DNA of 64,000 bases from Octopus sinensis (taxonomy: Eukaryota). Numbering within the stretch: position 1 is the stretch's first letter; each line of letters starts with the position of its first letter. The stretch lies in the NCBI RefSeq assembly GCF_006345805.1, contig NC_043012.1, positions 17,484,001-17,548,000 on the forward strand, given 5' to 3'. A program made the translations under genes and the position numbers. Below, in pieces: positions 15,550-29,875 of this stretch. The notes beneath the pieces are model-generated. The model made no database searches. It was not told the DNA's origin and saw only the letters and a program-made list of their open reading frames with translations.

Positions 15550-17169
15550 TAGATAGATAGATAGATACATACATACATACATACACATACATACATACAT
15601 ATACATACATACATACATACATACATACATACATACACAAACAAGCAAATATGTATACACGCATATTTCACAGACTCGCATATACCCTGGCGTACTTCTT
15701 TTGATAGGACTGATAACGATAATATCTATACAAAGGATTAACTATTCCTGGAACGGACCTACATAAAGCTTCATTTGATCAAGGATTCAGAAAGCAGATC
15801 GCTAACTTGAAAATTAAGTGGTAGCCTGATAATTCCTATGAACCTAGAAAATCTCCCTGCAAACACCGTATTTGTAATTTTATTCTTTCACGAACTGCAC
15901 ATTTTCTGTTCTCCTATTAGACCCAGGATGAAAAAAACACCTCATTAAGATTCAAATTACTCATCAATTATTTATTGACTCCTCATAAAACTCATTCAGG
16001 TCATTCCAATAAAACACTTTCTTGATGTTCCACCGAATTCAAATGAGAAAATAATTGCTTTGCACAAACTGAAAAATAAGAAACTCTCATAGCACTTTTG
16101 TTATATCTTCAAAATTATTCAAATGCAACAGTGACGTTGGACACCGGTTCTTCTGCAAAATCTGAGATGCAACCTGTGTTTAAATATTGGAGAGATGTGT
16201 CGTTGATGGAATGGTTCAAAGGGAATTTGAGTAAATTCATATATCTTAAACCTATTATGGAATGTCTTTCGGTTGCTAATTTCTCGTCCTTGGTTAGGTC
16301 CTAAAAACGATGGCAGTGTCAGTCAAACTAAGCGGTTTCCCATAAAAGTGTAATTTGTTCTTGCGAAGTGGGAAGTAATCCAAAGACAAAGTATTTTTTA
16401 TACTTCGCATTTCATTCTTTACCAACGTCCAGCTTTCCAATGATATTTTCATTTCCGATTTTTGCAGGGCCTAAAGATTTCACCGTGACTCTGTCTGACA
16501 GGCTGGCTATCGGGTGCTATGCCTTACCAAACAGCAACCCATGATTTTGTCGAGGACTGCATATTGATTATTCGCAGCTAACCTATATATCTACAAGCCA
16601 TTCCACTATCCACATGCTGGGGAGCTGATCATTGGAAGTTTTCAAGTGCTGGCAAGTGACCTACTCCTAAGGATGCCAATGCTTGGTCATACTCGAGCTG
16701 GATACCTCCCTGAAAACCTCCCTCAACCATGCAGGACCAAGATAGATGGCGTGTGCAGGTTGAAGGTATTCGAACAAGCGCGATCAGTTGATGATAATCA
16801 CCCTATTATACCTAGAGATGGGAGACTCTCAGAGGCCCCTCCTCACTTCGAGGTTTATTCATCGTAACTTTCGAAAGGAAGCAGATTTTTCTCTGAACTT
16901 CTCGAGTTATTTCTTCTCTTTAGAATTGCAGAAACAATATGGAACAGAATTATTCCTATTCAACGTGTTGGGCATCCCTTCTTTCTTAGTCTCAAACAGG
17001 TGTTTTGCTCGCCAGACGGAAAAACAATATATTTGCAAATCGTTTTCGATCACAAAAATATGCATAGTACAAAGATCTGACTCAATTATTTTTTCATTGA
17101 CTTAAATTGGTAAATAGGTAAATAGGGATTTGTTATATATAATTCCAACAGTCATTTCATAATACTTGT

Positions 17170-17320
17170 TTCAAATTTTGGTACAAGGCCAACTGTTTAC
17201 TGGGGAAGTGGCCAAGTCAATTATATCAACCCTAGTATATGACTGGTACATATTTTATCAACCCCGAAAGAATGAAGAACAAAGTCAATCTGGGTGACAT
17301 TTGAATCGAGAACGTAAAGA
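17170..17320 (-). mobile_element. SINE family 2 fragment
   Basis: GGTACAAGGCC...ACTGGTACATATTTTATCAACCCCGAAAGAATGAAG. Confidence 0.7.
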
Positions 17321-17430
17321 GCGGGGTGACGTCATATGAAGGCTAAAACAATGCGAAGCGCATTGTGACCAGCGATGTGTAGCAACATCTGATAGCCTGG
17401 TCGGTCACGGTGATTACGGTGATTACGGTG

Positions 17431-17463
<33 letters not shown>

Positions 17464-17470
17464 TATATCA

Positions 17471-17775
17471 GTGGAGACACATGGCCTAGTGGTTAGAGCA
17501 GCGGACTCGCGGTCGAGGGATCGTGGGTTCGAATCTCAGACCGGTCGATGTGTGTGTTTCTGAGCGAAACACCTAATCTCCACGCGACTCCGGCAGAAGG
17601 TAATGACGGACTTATGGTAATGACTCTTTTGCCACAACTTTTTCTCACTCTTTCCTCCTGCATTTTGCAGCTCACCTGCGGCGGACCGGCGTCCCGTCCA
17701 GGTGGACAACCTATACGCCAAGGAAACCAGGAAACCGGCCCCAATGAGCCAGGCGTGACTCGAGAAGGACCAAAA
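17471..17775 (+). mobile_element. SINE family 3 (tRNA-derived, well-preserved Pol III boxes)
   Basis: A box TGGCCTAGTGG (17482-17492), B box GGTTCGAATCT (~17526-17536), 3' part GCGGACCGGCGTCCCGTCCAGG...GGAAACCGGCCCCAATGAG. A diverged relative is at ~39711-39945. Confidence 0.8.
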
Positions 17776-17993
17776 TTAAATATATATCCATATAAGAGAA
17801 ATGACCATTAAGGGGATTCCTAATATACTAAAGGTAGACTCAATATGGTATGACCACTAAGAAAAATTGTTCTCAAGAAATTTCGGCAAACGCCATAACG
17901 TAAAGCGGGCAAGACAAGTGAAATGATACAAAATAAAGTGATTAGTCACATACCATTCTAAGCCAACTTTTACACTTATTATTTAAATTTATA

Positions 17994-18206
17994 TAGTTAA
18001 TGAAAACATGAAAACACAAAGAGGAAACATAACAACACGAGGACGTGAAACAAGTATAGTGTTATTGGACGCTCAGGAAAGGAAACAAAGAAGGCGAATT
18101 TTAATGTTTCGAGCGGGGCTCTTCGTCAGAAACATAGAAAAAGGAAAGGTCCAAGGAAGGGAAGACGGAGGAAAAAAAATCGCCAACGATACACACGCGG
18201 TCACAG
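17994..18206 (-). mobile_element. Penelope-like short repeat with hammerhead motif at ~18100-18132; second copy at 58098-58310
   Basis: Two similar copies. The minus strand reads TTT-CTGACGA-A-GAGC-ccc-GCTC-GAAAC-ATT-AAA. Confidence 0.7.
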
Positions 18207-18371
18207 AAAGGCTAAGTAGTGATGTATACAAATACTTGTTATCAGTTCGAACATATTCGAACCCGTAAGTAAGCGACATTTACTTTATTTTGTAATGGAG
18301 CAAACTTTCTCGCTGTAGACAGACATGTATAAACGCACCAACTCAGTTCGCAGCGCCCCCGAATAAAAATT

Positions 18372-18415
18372 GATGGATGCATGCATTTCGAGTTTCTCAT
18401 ATCCTCTTCAGCAAC
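18372..18415 (-). ncRNA. Hammerhead ribozyme motif (partly decayed)
   Basis: GTTG-CTGAAGA-G...CTC-GAA-ATGCATGCAT-C-CATC. Helix III is palindromic and the predicted site is AUC. Confidence 0.55.
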
Positions 18416-19144
18416 ATACGCTGAAAAGGGCGGCACCTTTACTTCCAGTATATATATATATATATGTATGTGATATGATATGTGTGTTTGTTAAATTATG
18501 TGTTTGTGTATCAATATAAGGCTATATTCTCAAGTATGGCGTCAATGAAGTTGTGATTGATGGTGTCTCGAAATTGATTATTTCGAAAACGGAATTCAAT
18601 AAAATTAGTACTGGGTCGATAGTTCGATAAAAGTCATGGACTAAAACCGGTAGATGAACACACACACACACACACCACACACACACACACACACAACACA
18701 CACACACACACACATTCACACACACACATACACACAAAAGAACACACACATTCATACATATATATATATATTTACTCATATATAATCATATATATTTATA
18801 TATATATATATGCTTAAACACATATACATACATATACATAAATTTTCATAGAAACATAAACGCATATATATGTATATACATACATATACATACATATATA
18901 TATATATATATACATAAATTTATAAATAAGGATAATATCGATATTATCAAATGGCCAACATGGGAATAAATACCATACAAAGGTAATAATTATTTACGAC
19001 TAAAAATAAGGGTGTCTGAGAGACACCACCATGCTGAAATAGCAGTCAAATCCCTGACTCTAAAAACCACCTTAAATGTTCATATCGCACCCTGAGATAA
19101 GACAGAGGGACAAAATAGACTAGCAAAAAGATATTACTGAATAA

Positions 19145-19201
19145 TTCAAGATCCTGGATTTCTAGATTTGCTTCAAATAAGCTCTGCCTTCATCAGTTGA
19201 A
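19145..19201 (-). ncRNA. Type I hammerhead ribozyme
   Basis: TTCAA-CTGATGA-A-GGCAGAGCTTatttgAAGCAAATCT-A-GAA-ATCCaGGAT-C-TTGAA. Helix I is a perfect 5 bp and the site is AUC. Confidence 0.75.
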
Positions 19202-19395
19202 TATGTCAGATGAGCACATAAATACAAATATATATATATAAATATATATATATATGTTTACAAATAACACGGAAAATAATAAATAAATAGTTACCAGATT
19301 AGTCAAAATTCGCCTAAGTATCAAGGATAAAACAGCATACTTATAATGGTACAAACTACAGGTTTTGGTAAAACGTTTTTAAATAACATGGATGA

Positions 19396-19722
19396 ATAAA
19401 TGAAGTTAAACGCATGTGTTATTCAAATCTTTATACTTCCGACATATGTTTCGAAGAAAACATTGATATTATTCAAGAAGGAATAAAATGATGTAAAACA
19501 ATGCATTCTCCTCAACAGTTAAAGAAAGAGAAAACATGCATCACTAAGTATCTCAGTATCCATCCCGCAATCTTATTGATGCGTTTTGTTTCTCTTTCTT
19601 TCCCTGATGAGAAGATTGCATTCCTGTACATCATTTTATTCCTTCTGGAATAATACCAATGCTTTTGGGGAAACATATGAAGTATAAAGATTTGAATAAC
19701 ACTTGCGTTTAACTTCATTTAC
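19396..19722. mobile_element. Inverted pair of hammerhead-bearing repeats (19441-19518 minus; 19604-19680 plus)
   Basis: The arms are inverted copies of each other: CTG[T/A]TGA-g...long helix II...-GAAAC-ATAT-G(TC). Confidence 0.65.
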
Positions 19723-19806
<84 letters not shown>

Positions 19807-19843
19807 ATGCAACTTTCTCTCTCTCTCTCTCTCTCGCTCTCTC

Positions 19844-19913
<70 letters not shown>

Positions 19914-20413
19914 GAGAGAGAGCGAGAGAGAGAGAAAGTTGCATACTTCGCATATATGACTACGTGAGTGCTTGCATGTTTTAGAATCTATGTCGAAACA
20001 TGATTAAATGTAAAGAAAATATATAAATGAATGTAACTAAAATGTTCCGTTTTATAAAGTTGTTAATGTTTTAGTGAAATCAATTTGTTTCCTCGATGTC
20101 AAATTAATATTTACAGTTATTTATTGGCATTTAAAAGGCGTCGTACATTTTCTGTCGGTCTATTTTATATTTTTGTTGAAGATTGCATCATTAAAATGAT
20201 GAACCAATTTTTAACGCAATTCTGTTACCAATTTTACGCTTTTATGACATCTAATGGTCCCTCGCAAGAAGTAAAGAAAAGAACCGTATTTAAATTAATA
20301 TACATATATACATACATGCATATATATATGTACACGCACACATACTGCTATTTGACTATGGTGTATACATTAGTACACATATGGATACTTATGAAGACAT
20401 ACAAAACTAAGTA

Positions 20414-20469
<56 letters not shown>

Positions 20470-20611
20470 ATATATATATATAGGGAGAGAGATAGAGAGA
20501 TATCAATAAAGATATAGATATATAGATAACTATATCTATCGATCTATCGGTATGTAGATATGAGTGTTGTCTGTGCGCGAGTATGTGTGTATACGTATGT
20601 ATGTATCTATG

Positions 20612-20664
<53 letters not shown>

Positions 20665-20758
20665 AATAATTTGTTTTCAATCCCTCTACCTACTTATATA
20701 TCTGTTTGTCTCTCAACGTGTACTCATCTCTCTCTCCTCTCTCACCCTGTGTATAATA

Positions 20759-20806
<48 letters not shown>

Positions 20807-20820
20807 ACATATGTATATTA

Positions 20821-20854
<34 letters not shown>

Positions 20855-21425
20855 GCACATACACAAATATGTGTATGTGTTTGTGTTTGTGTGTGTGATT
20901 TATATAGTAATGCATACCTGCATACATATATATCGACGAAAATGTAACTGTCGCAAAAGGAATATATATTGCGACTGACAGGTACGAGAACAACAAGAAT
21001 TTGCATGCTTGACAGTTCCTTTTTTTTTTAATTCTCAAAGTGTAATGTTGACCTGTCACCACTACTGTTGAATTATTAACACGTAAACGATCTAAAACAA
21101 AGGTATATTACTCCATCTAACTCTTGCATAACTGATTTCTCCGTCGGTTTTCCATGTGTGTCAATGTTCGTCATATCATCCCCTTATTTTTATGCTTTAT
21201 CTGTATTACAGTTTGCCATTATAAAAGAAAGAACATTTCTTAAACTTCTTTTCGGTTATTTCGTGTTCCTGCTGTCCATTATGATTGCCATAACATGTGT
21301 AATTTCTCCCAGGAATAGTTTAATTTCCTGTCAGAATTCGGGATAGGAAAATTTTGTTATTTATTGAAATATGTTTAATTTATTATTGAGTTTCCCTATA
21401 TATATATAATATATATATATTATAT

Positions 21426-21489
<64 letters not shown>

Positions 21490-21552
21490 CATACATATAT
21501 ATATATATATATACATACATACATATATATATATTATATATATATATATATA

Positions 21553-21596
<44 letters not shown>

Positions 21597-21622
21597 CATA
21601 TATATATAATATATATATATAC

Positions 21623-21660
<38 letters not shown>

Positions 21661-21683
21661 TATATACATATACATATATATAT

Positions 21684-21735
<52 letters not shown>

Positions 21736-21964
21736 GTGCCATCATATTCATTAAAACTTTCATAAGTATGCACCTAGGTTATAATTCTCTATTACATTTA
21801 GCTTCGAGATGCATGTTATTTCTTTGTTTCTTATTATCTCTGTTAAAAGTATAAGTCCAATTGGGTGGTGGTCGCCATCATTTTGAGAATATGTTACTGA
21901 AATATGTCAGTAATAAAAGATATACTGCTACTGCTTTTAATATAAATTTCTCGTGCTTATTATG

Positions 21965-22082
21965 TAGTATGTATGTCATCATTCAGCTCTATTTCAAGAT
22001 TTCTTCCAAATAGAGAAAGAACCGGTTTCTAACCTATATCCAAGGTTCCTTCATTGGAATTTCAACATCAACAGAGAGGTAT
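21965..22082 (-). repeat. Short insertion within (TATG)n, possibly a LINE 3' end
   Basis: About 110 bp of complex sequence flanked by TATG repeats on both sides. Confidence 0.35.
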
Positions 22083-22103
22083 GTTTGTATGTATGTATGT
22101 ATG

Positions 22104-22137
<34 letters not shown>

Positions 22138-23104
22138 TGTATGTATGTATGTATGCATGTATGCATGCATGTATGTATGTATGTATGTATGTATGTTTGT
22201 ATGTATGTATGTATGTATGTATGTATGTATGTATGTATGTATGTGCAGATTTGTATGTTTTATGTATGTATTCTACAGCTAGAAATAATTCGTTTCCCTG
22301 GTGAACTTCGTTCTGTTCCTTGATTGTGTTGTTGTTGTTGTATCCAGCCATGTTGCTTTTAGTAACTTTCAAGCTTCTGTAGTAAATCACTACGATCGCG
22401 AATAAAAGGACCTCTCAGTTACGTTCATCTGAAGATTAACCAGTTATTTAACAAGGCTGATAATTGTTGCTCCAAAGTTGGAGATGGTGTTCATCGTATT
22501 TTCAATAAATAGTCTCCCACGCCAAATACGCGATTTATATCCGCCTGTCTGGCTGTCTGTCTGTATGTATGTATATATGTATGTATGGAAGGACGTATGT
22601 ACATTTGTATATATGTATCTGTCTCTATATGTGTCCATCTATTTATCATTCTCTCTATATATGTGTTTGTGTGTTTGTGTGTGAGTGTGTATGTGTGTAT
22701 GTGCATATGTATATATGTATGTTTCTATATACGTGTGTGTTTGTACATGTGTGTGAGTGTCTGGGTGTGTATGTGTATATATATATATATATGTATATAT
22801 ATAATTCTAACATTAGATTTATTTCCTCTTATCTAATTTCCTTTGATGCTTTCTACCATTTTGTTAACATAGGTATCTATTAGTATCTTTGCTGGTTACA
22901 TTTTGGCATTCGTCTATGTCTGAGCAGTCGCATTTAATACTTTGGTTTGCAGTGTAAGATAGAAAAGAATTACATTGGGTTGAAATAGATTTCTTACAGG
23001 TATCCATTCACTTGTTTCCCTGAAGTGACTCTAATATATATATATGATCGATCGCTAGGCACTAAACCTTTTAAATTTCATCTCTCTGCTTATTTCTGTA
23101 TTCT

Positions 23105-23140
23105 CTTCTGTTGATGAGCATAGGCTCGAAACGTAAAAGA
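23105..23140 (+). ncRNA. Minimal hammerhead-like motif (variant core)
   Basis: CTT-CTGTTGA-T-GAGC-atag-GCTC-GAAAC-GTA-AAAG. Confidence 0.5.
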
Positions 23141-23223
23141 CTTTCTCAGTTCCCGAGCGATAAACAAATACATCTGTTTGTTGTTTACACACCCGTCTTC
23201 GTCTTTTGCTTTTCTGCAAATTC

Positions 23224-23306
<83 letters not shown>

Positions 23307-23799
23307 GCAGCACGGGGTTTTGTCAGTGAACAGGTCGCGGTCCCAAAGCGACGAAGTTATTTTGACAAATTAAATTTAAATGTTGAAGTGAATCTAACGG
23401 ATTTTGTGTGTTTGCTAAATGGCTTATAAACACCTTCCACGCTGCAATTGATTTCGTTTCAGTACACGATCTCAGATCAGGTCACTTGCTATGCAAGTAC
23501 ATCACAGTAATATGTATGTATATATATATATATATAAATTCGACATGATCGATATTTTCTTGTCTTAGGATTCACGGTCAAGCAGCTTGGTGGAATTACA
23601 AAGATGTTTTGTATGATCCGGTGGCGTTGCTGGGCTTTGTATTCTTTCATAGCTCCCATGGTTACCGAGATAGTCTACTATAATAATACTCTTGCGTTTA
23701 TTAAGGAGAAAAGAAAGGGTGATAGAGGAATAGCGAAGGAAGGGTGATGTCATGTTTGGTAGTGGGATGATGAAAATTATACACTTAAAAAATAAAGTA

Positions 23800-24010
23800 A
23801 ACAGCGAAATGCTTAGCGGTATTTCGTCTGCCATTAGGTTTTGAGTTCGAATTCCGCAGAGGTTGACTTTGCCTTTCATCCTTTGGGGGTCGATAAAATA
23901 AGTACCAGTTCATATGATTATTTATTAATAAGTTAGTACCAGTTACGTACTGGGGTCAATGTAATCGACTTAATCTCTTTGAGGCCTTGTACTTCCTGTA
24001 GAAAGGATTT
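23800..24010 (+). mobile_element. SINE family 2
   Basis: GCGAAATGCTTAGCGGTATTTCGTCTGCC...GCCTTTCATCCTTTGGGGGTCGATAAAATAAGTACCAG. Confidence 0.85.
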
Positions 24011-24338
24011 ATTAAAGTTGAAAACCTGTGACACACTGACATACACATTTTATTATATTAGAAATGTTTAATTTTGAGGACACTTTATTTGAATTGGTGT
24101 ATATATTAAAGAAAAGTAAAATAATAGTGTTCAGTATTTTGGCGACAGGAATTTCTATCAAAGAAACATGGTTAAACACGGTTGTACGTCATCTCCCTCT
24201 TTCTCTCACATACACACTATTTCTCTTTCTTTTATTATTACTCCCACTGCCACCATCAACACTACTACTTTTAATAACACATCATCAACTCTCCCTAAAT
24301 TTTTTTGTTTCCCTTTCTCTTCCTCTCTTTTTCTTTCC

Positions 24339-24370
<32 letters not shown>

Positions 24371-25264
24371 GCCTTCACCACCACCCTTACCGTCTCTATG
24401 CCTACTATTACTCCCACCCAATAATGAGAGATGGTAGGAGAGTCATTGAATGGTGAGAGAGGGATTCTAAGTGTGACACACTAGCACACAAATATTAGCT
24501 TTCGAATTTATTATATATGTATATATTTATATACTTTTGCGTAAACACTTTTTCACGTCCTCAATGTTATGTTAACATCGGGAACTTATCTAAACAGAAT
24601 TATGCTAAAATCTACATCGCATATTAAAATATTCATATTAGTGCTAGTCGTACGGTTACCTAAAAGTAAAGAAAAAAACAAAAACAAACAAATGTTTATC
24701 TCTGTTTTGAAATTCAATTTTGAAAATTAATATAATTGTTTTCAATTTGCCCTCTGTCTGTAACTTGCATATTTGCAAATGGTTTTAAATTTATGGCTTT
24801 CAATACGTTTTCTATGATTACTATTTGAACAAAATATTTAAGATGCTCGATGTATTTGTTTTCAGATGATTCCACATCTCCTGCACTCTGTTTCTTTCCA
24901 TTACGGTTATAAACCTCTTGATGATACCGGAATGACGTTCATTATGGCCGTAGACTGGTTTTCGAAGCGCAAACTTGGCACAGTATGATAGGTTGTAATA
25001 TATTAAGTGATTGGCAGTTCAAGAACGTGAACAGAAGTAATTTAGAACTTCAGACACTTGTTATCATAAATAGATTTTCTTCAGTGGAATCCAGAGTGAT
25101 TTCATGTCGAGTTGAAACAGCTTGAAAACATTAATTAATCTTTTCATTTCTAATTTTCGTGTATAACAAGCTGAGAAGACAAGAGTCAGAAGATTATATA
25201 AAGGTGCATAAATATAATTTGCGATAGGAATGGGAAAGACTTTTGGATTCGATTCAAGTATTAA

Positions 25265-25940
25265 ATTGGTTCCAAATTTTGGCACAAGGCCAGAAATTCC
25301 GGGGTACGGTGAAAGTGGATTACATCATCGTCAGTGTTCAACTGGTACTTATTTTATCGACCTCGAAAGAATAAAAGGCAAAATCGGCCGCGGCAGAATT
25401 TGAACTCAGAACATAACGTAAAGGCGGACAAAATGCCGCTACGCATTTCGTCCGGCGTGGTAACGATTCTGCTAGCTCACCGCTTTTCTCAAGCACAATG
25501 AATTAGTTTGAAACCTTGGCCCAAAGCCAGAAATTTCGGGGAAGGGTGGTGGGGAGTTGGTGGAGGTGGTGGTGGTGATGGTGGTGGTGAGAGAAGTCGA
25601 TTACGTCGACCCCACTGTTCAATTGATACTTATTTTATCGACTCCGGAATTTGAACTCAGAACGCAAAGACGGAAGAAATGCCTCGAAGTATGTGCTGCT
25701 TTACTGAAGAACTGAATTCTGAGGGTTGTGAATTGGTAGAATCGTTACAGTATCGCAAAGAAACCTTGCACTATTAATTCCGGCGCTTTGCATTCTGAGT
25801 TTAAATCCTGCCGAAATTATTTTTGCTTTTCATCAATTCGCGAAGGATGAATACCAGTGAAGTACTGGGGGTGATGGTATCCATTAATCTCTTTCTGTCA
25901 AAATTCCTCGCTGTATGTGTAAACTAGAAACCATTATCGG
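25265..25940. mobile_element. Cluster of three SINE family 2 copies (two minus, one plus)
   Basis: Repeated GGCACAAGGCCAGAAAT...ACTGGTACTTATTTTATCGAC...GAATTTGAACTCAGAAC, plus a plus-strand copy at ~25720-25940. Confidence 0.8.
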
Positions 25941-26179
25941 AATATAGTTTATGAATAATGTTAGCGTGGATCTTGATGAGAATTTGAAATCGCTGTATAG
26001 AAACTACAAATGAAATACTAAACAGAAAGAAAAATTAACATTTTCTTGTAATTTATAGTTTATTTCTATTTTCAGATCATTTAACTAAAATGTTTCGATC
26101 TTTTATACCTTACACATTCGCATTCTGCCCATGAAGATACGCTGGAAATATAATAATACAGTTCTATATTAAAGAGATG

Positions 26180-26359
26180 AGGAATAATGTACATTATTTA
26201 CGTTCGACGGATATTTGTCCTCATCTTGTTTGTTGTTAACACAACGTTTCGGCAGATACGCCCTCCAGCCTTCATCAGGTGTCTTGGGGAAATTTCGAAC
26301 TTGGATTCTCATTCCTAAGGTACTATTATTATTATTATTCGATTCCAGGCAGTGACCTG

Positions 26360-26402
<43 letters not shown>

Positions 26403-26423
26403 ATAATAATAATAATAATAATA

Positions 26424-26473
<50 letters not shown>

Positions 26474-26650
26474 TAATAATGATAATAATAATAATAACAG
26501 CATCGAGAAAATACCTTAGGAATGATAACCCAAGTTCGAAATTTCCCCAAGATACCTGATGAAGGCTGGAGGATATACCAGTCGAAACATTGTGATAACA
26601 ACAAACAAAATGAGGACAAATATCCGTCAAATGAAAATAATGAATATAAT
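26180..26650. mobile_element. Inverted pair of Penelope-like repeats with hammerheads (26239-26282 minus; 26552-26594 plus) around (ACT)n(AAT)n
   Basis: ACAC-CTGATGA-A-GGCTGGAGGGCGTATCTGCC-GAAAC-GTT-GTGT and its inverted copy ATAC-CTGATGA-AGGCTGGAGGATATACCAGTC-GAAAC-ATT-GTG. Confidence 0.7.
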
Positions 26651-27633
26651 AATAGAACTAAAGTTATTGTCGCTATTGCCTAGCTACATATCAGCTCTGA
26701 TCAAGCTTACCTACAACAAAAGGAGTTCCAGCTGTGATCATGCTAAGATTTTGTATATCTGTGACTATGTCATTCAATATGCCGTTTTAGTAAACAGATA
26801 AGATATTTTGGATAATATAACCAACAAAGATAGTAGAAATATTATATTTAGCTGCCATTTCTAACAGGCTGAGTGGCCACGTAAGAGCTGGTCTCTACGT
26901 TTGCTCGAGATTTTTGTTGAGTTGTACCGCTAGAACATGAATTATTACGAAATCGTCTTCTTATCAATTAAGTAGCAACAGGCTACAGGAACAGCAATGT
27001 TGCATCATATTTACTTGATATCAGGCAATTCAGGTTGAGATGACATTAGATCCTTCCAGAGATATCATTTCATTCTCTTATACTTCACCGGCAGCATCTT
27101 TATTTCGATACCTTAGGATTTGGAATATGTTATCCCGATTCTTGAAAACACCAGGGTTTGTTTCCTTTTCTTTTGGAGAAATTTTGACAGTCGTTTCAAT
27201 CAGCAAAGCGATTGACTTTATTGTGGAAGTTCCTTAGCTGTCTTATTATTTGTAGATGTTTCCCGGAGCGAATTACAACACTATAGGATGAATACATCCA
27301 AGAAAATAACTATAAAACAGAAAAGACCTATCAGATAATGAAAAAGGCATCTTCTAGGAAATGAAATTTCGTAAGGTAATATCATTTGATGTCACTCAAA
27401 ATCTTTCTCCATTAGGTTTCATGAAATTCAATTATTTCTTCTATTCTTTCAGTGGAAATTGCGGTAATGGTTCCACTTAAACTTGGAACCTATTAACATT
27501 TCTCTCGAGATTCCAGACATTTTTTATTATTTATTCTTTGCAATTAACAGTTTCTTGATACAAGCCTTCTACATTTGAGGTGTAATTTTTGCAAATATTT
27601 CACAATTTTTGGCCGTCTGATATTTGCCTCAGC

Positions 27634-27667
27634 TATCATCATCATCATCATCATCATCATCATTATC

Positions 27668-27716
<49 letters not shown>

Positions 27717-27783
27717 TTATTATTATTATCATTATATTATTATTATTATATATTATTATTATTATTATTTTATTATTATCATT

Positions 27784-27816
<33 letters not shown>

Positions 27817-27913
27817 GTTATTATTATTATTAATTATTATTATTATTATTATTATCATTATTATCATTATTATTATTATCATTATTATTATTATTATTAT
27901 TGTTATTATCATT

Positions 27914-27946
<33 letters not shown>

Positions 27947-27983
27947 GTTATTATTATTATTATTATTATCATTATTATTATTA

Positions 27984-28030
<47 letters not shown>

Positions 28031-28061
28031 GGTGTTGTTGTTATTATTATTATTATTATTA

Positions 28062-28122
<61 letters not shown>

Positions 28123-28208
28123 CATTATTATCATCATTATTATTATTATTATTATTATCATTATTATTATTATTATTGTTGTTGTTATTATTATTACTAT
28201 TATTATTA

Positions 28209-28246
<38 letters not shown>

Positions 28247-28282
28247 GATATTATTATTATTATTTAAAAACCCAGAATTAAT

Positions 28283-28320
<38 letters not shown>

Positions 28321-28926
28321 ACTGCTGCTGCTGCTACTGCTGCTGTTGCTGTTGCTGTCCATGGTGTGGGTGATAGTGGTGGTGCTATTGTCATGGTACT
28401 AATCATCATCGTCGTCGTCAACATCTTCATCATCACCATCACCATCACCGCCACCATCATCATCTTCATCGTCGTCGTTGTCGTTGTCGTCGTCGATGTC
28501 TTCATTAAAGTCAACGTTCCTTTTCGCTGTTTGCTCCTTTCAGTCGTTAATATTTTTCATATTTTTCTCCAATCTTTAGTTTTTAGTCAAAATCACACTT
28601 ATGATAAAGATGCTGACGATGACGGCGGCGACGATGATGATGATGATGATGATAATGATCCTCCTACTTCTCCTCTTCTTCTGCCTCATACTCCTCCTCC
28701 TTATCATCATCACCACCATTCTCCGCGTTCATCAATAACGTTATAATAATAATAAAATAAGAAGAATAAAACCACATTACTGGCATCATCATCATCATCA
28801 TCATCATCATCGTCGTCGTCGTCGTCGTCATCATCATCATCATCATTACTATTATTATTATTATTATTATTATTATCATCATCGTCGTCATCATCATCAT
28901 TACTATTATTATTTTTATTATTATTA

Positions 28927-28966
<40 letters not shown>

Positions 28967-29040
28967 CATCATTATCCTTATTATTATTATTATCATTATT
29001 ATTATTATTATTATTATTATCATTATTATTATTATTATTA

Positions 29041-29090
<50 letters not shown>

Positions 29091-29167
29091 TATCATCATT
29101 ATCCTTATTATTATTATTATTATCATTATTATTATCATCATCATTATCCTTATTATTATTTTTATCA

Positions 29168-29211
<44 letters not shown>

Positions 29212-29245
29212 GTATTATTATTATCATCATCATCATCATCATCGT
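27634..29245. repeat. Long trinucleotide microsatellite field: (ATT)n, (ATC)n, (ACT)n, (GTC)n
   Basis: Directly visible. It generates the poly-I, poly-Y and poly-L ORFs. Confidence 0.95.
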
Positions 29246-29603
29246 TAATCCTAATGTTGCTGTTGTTCCTGTTTTCATTTTGTTTTTGCTGTTTTACCCC
29301 ACCCCTACCCCCACTGGTTATCGTTCATCTCATCGGTTGTTCTAATACCAATACTTAAGCATACTTAATTGCATGATCATTATTAACGGTCTTGAGTTAC
29401 TTTCACTTTATTTCTTCTCTCACAACCTCCCTTCCTGTGTCACGTTTCCTCCTTCCAATCTTCCTCTACCCGCTCCTCTTCCCCTCCTCCTGCTCCCCTT
29501 CTGCTCCGCTCTCTCCTTCTGCTTTTCTTTGTTCTTCTCTCTCTCTCTTCCTCTCCAATAATTTCATCTGTCTCTATTACAACACATGTGGTAGGAATAG
29601 ATT

Positions 29604-29875
29604 ATGGTGGTGGCGGCGATGGTGGTTGTGATGGTGGTGGTGATGGTAGTGGTGTTCGTGGTGACGGCGATGGTAGCGGTGGTGGTTGTGATGGTGGTGG
29701 TGATGGTAGTGGTATTCGTGGTGGTGTTCGTGGTGACGGAGGTGGTGGCGGTGGTGGTTGTGATGGTGGTGGTGATGGTGGTGGTGGTGTTCGTGGTGAC
29801 GGCGGTGGTGGTGTTCGTCGTGAAGGCGGTGGTGGTGGTTGTGATGGTTGTGATGGTGGTGGTGGTGGTGGCGGG
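29604..29875. repeat. GGT-based minisatellite with ~60-bp higher-order unit
   Basis: GGTTGTGATGGTGGTGGTGATGGTAGTGGTGTTCGTGGTGACGG recurs about four times. Confidence 0.85.

Noticed and set aside
17471-17545. tRNA gene
   Set aside because: A and B boxes are present, but the acceptor and anticodon stems do not close and the sequence runs into a SINE body.
27544-28281. 200+ aa poly-I, poly-Y and poly-L ORFs
   Set aside because: Translations of the (ATT)n/(ATC)n microsatellite.
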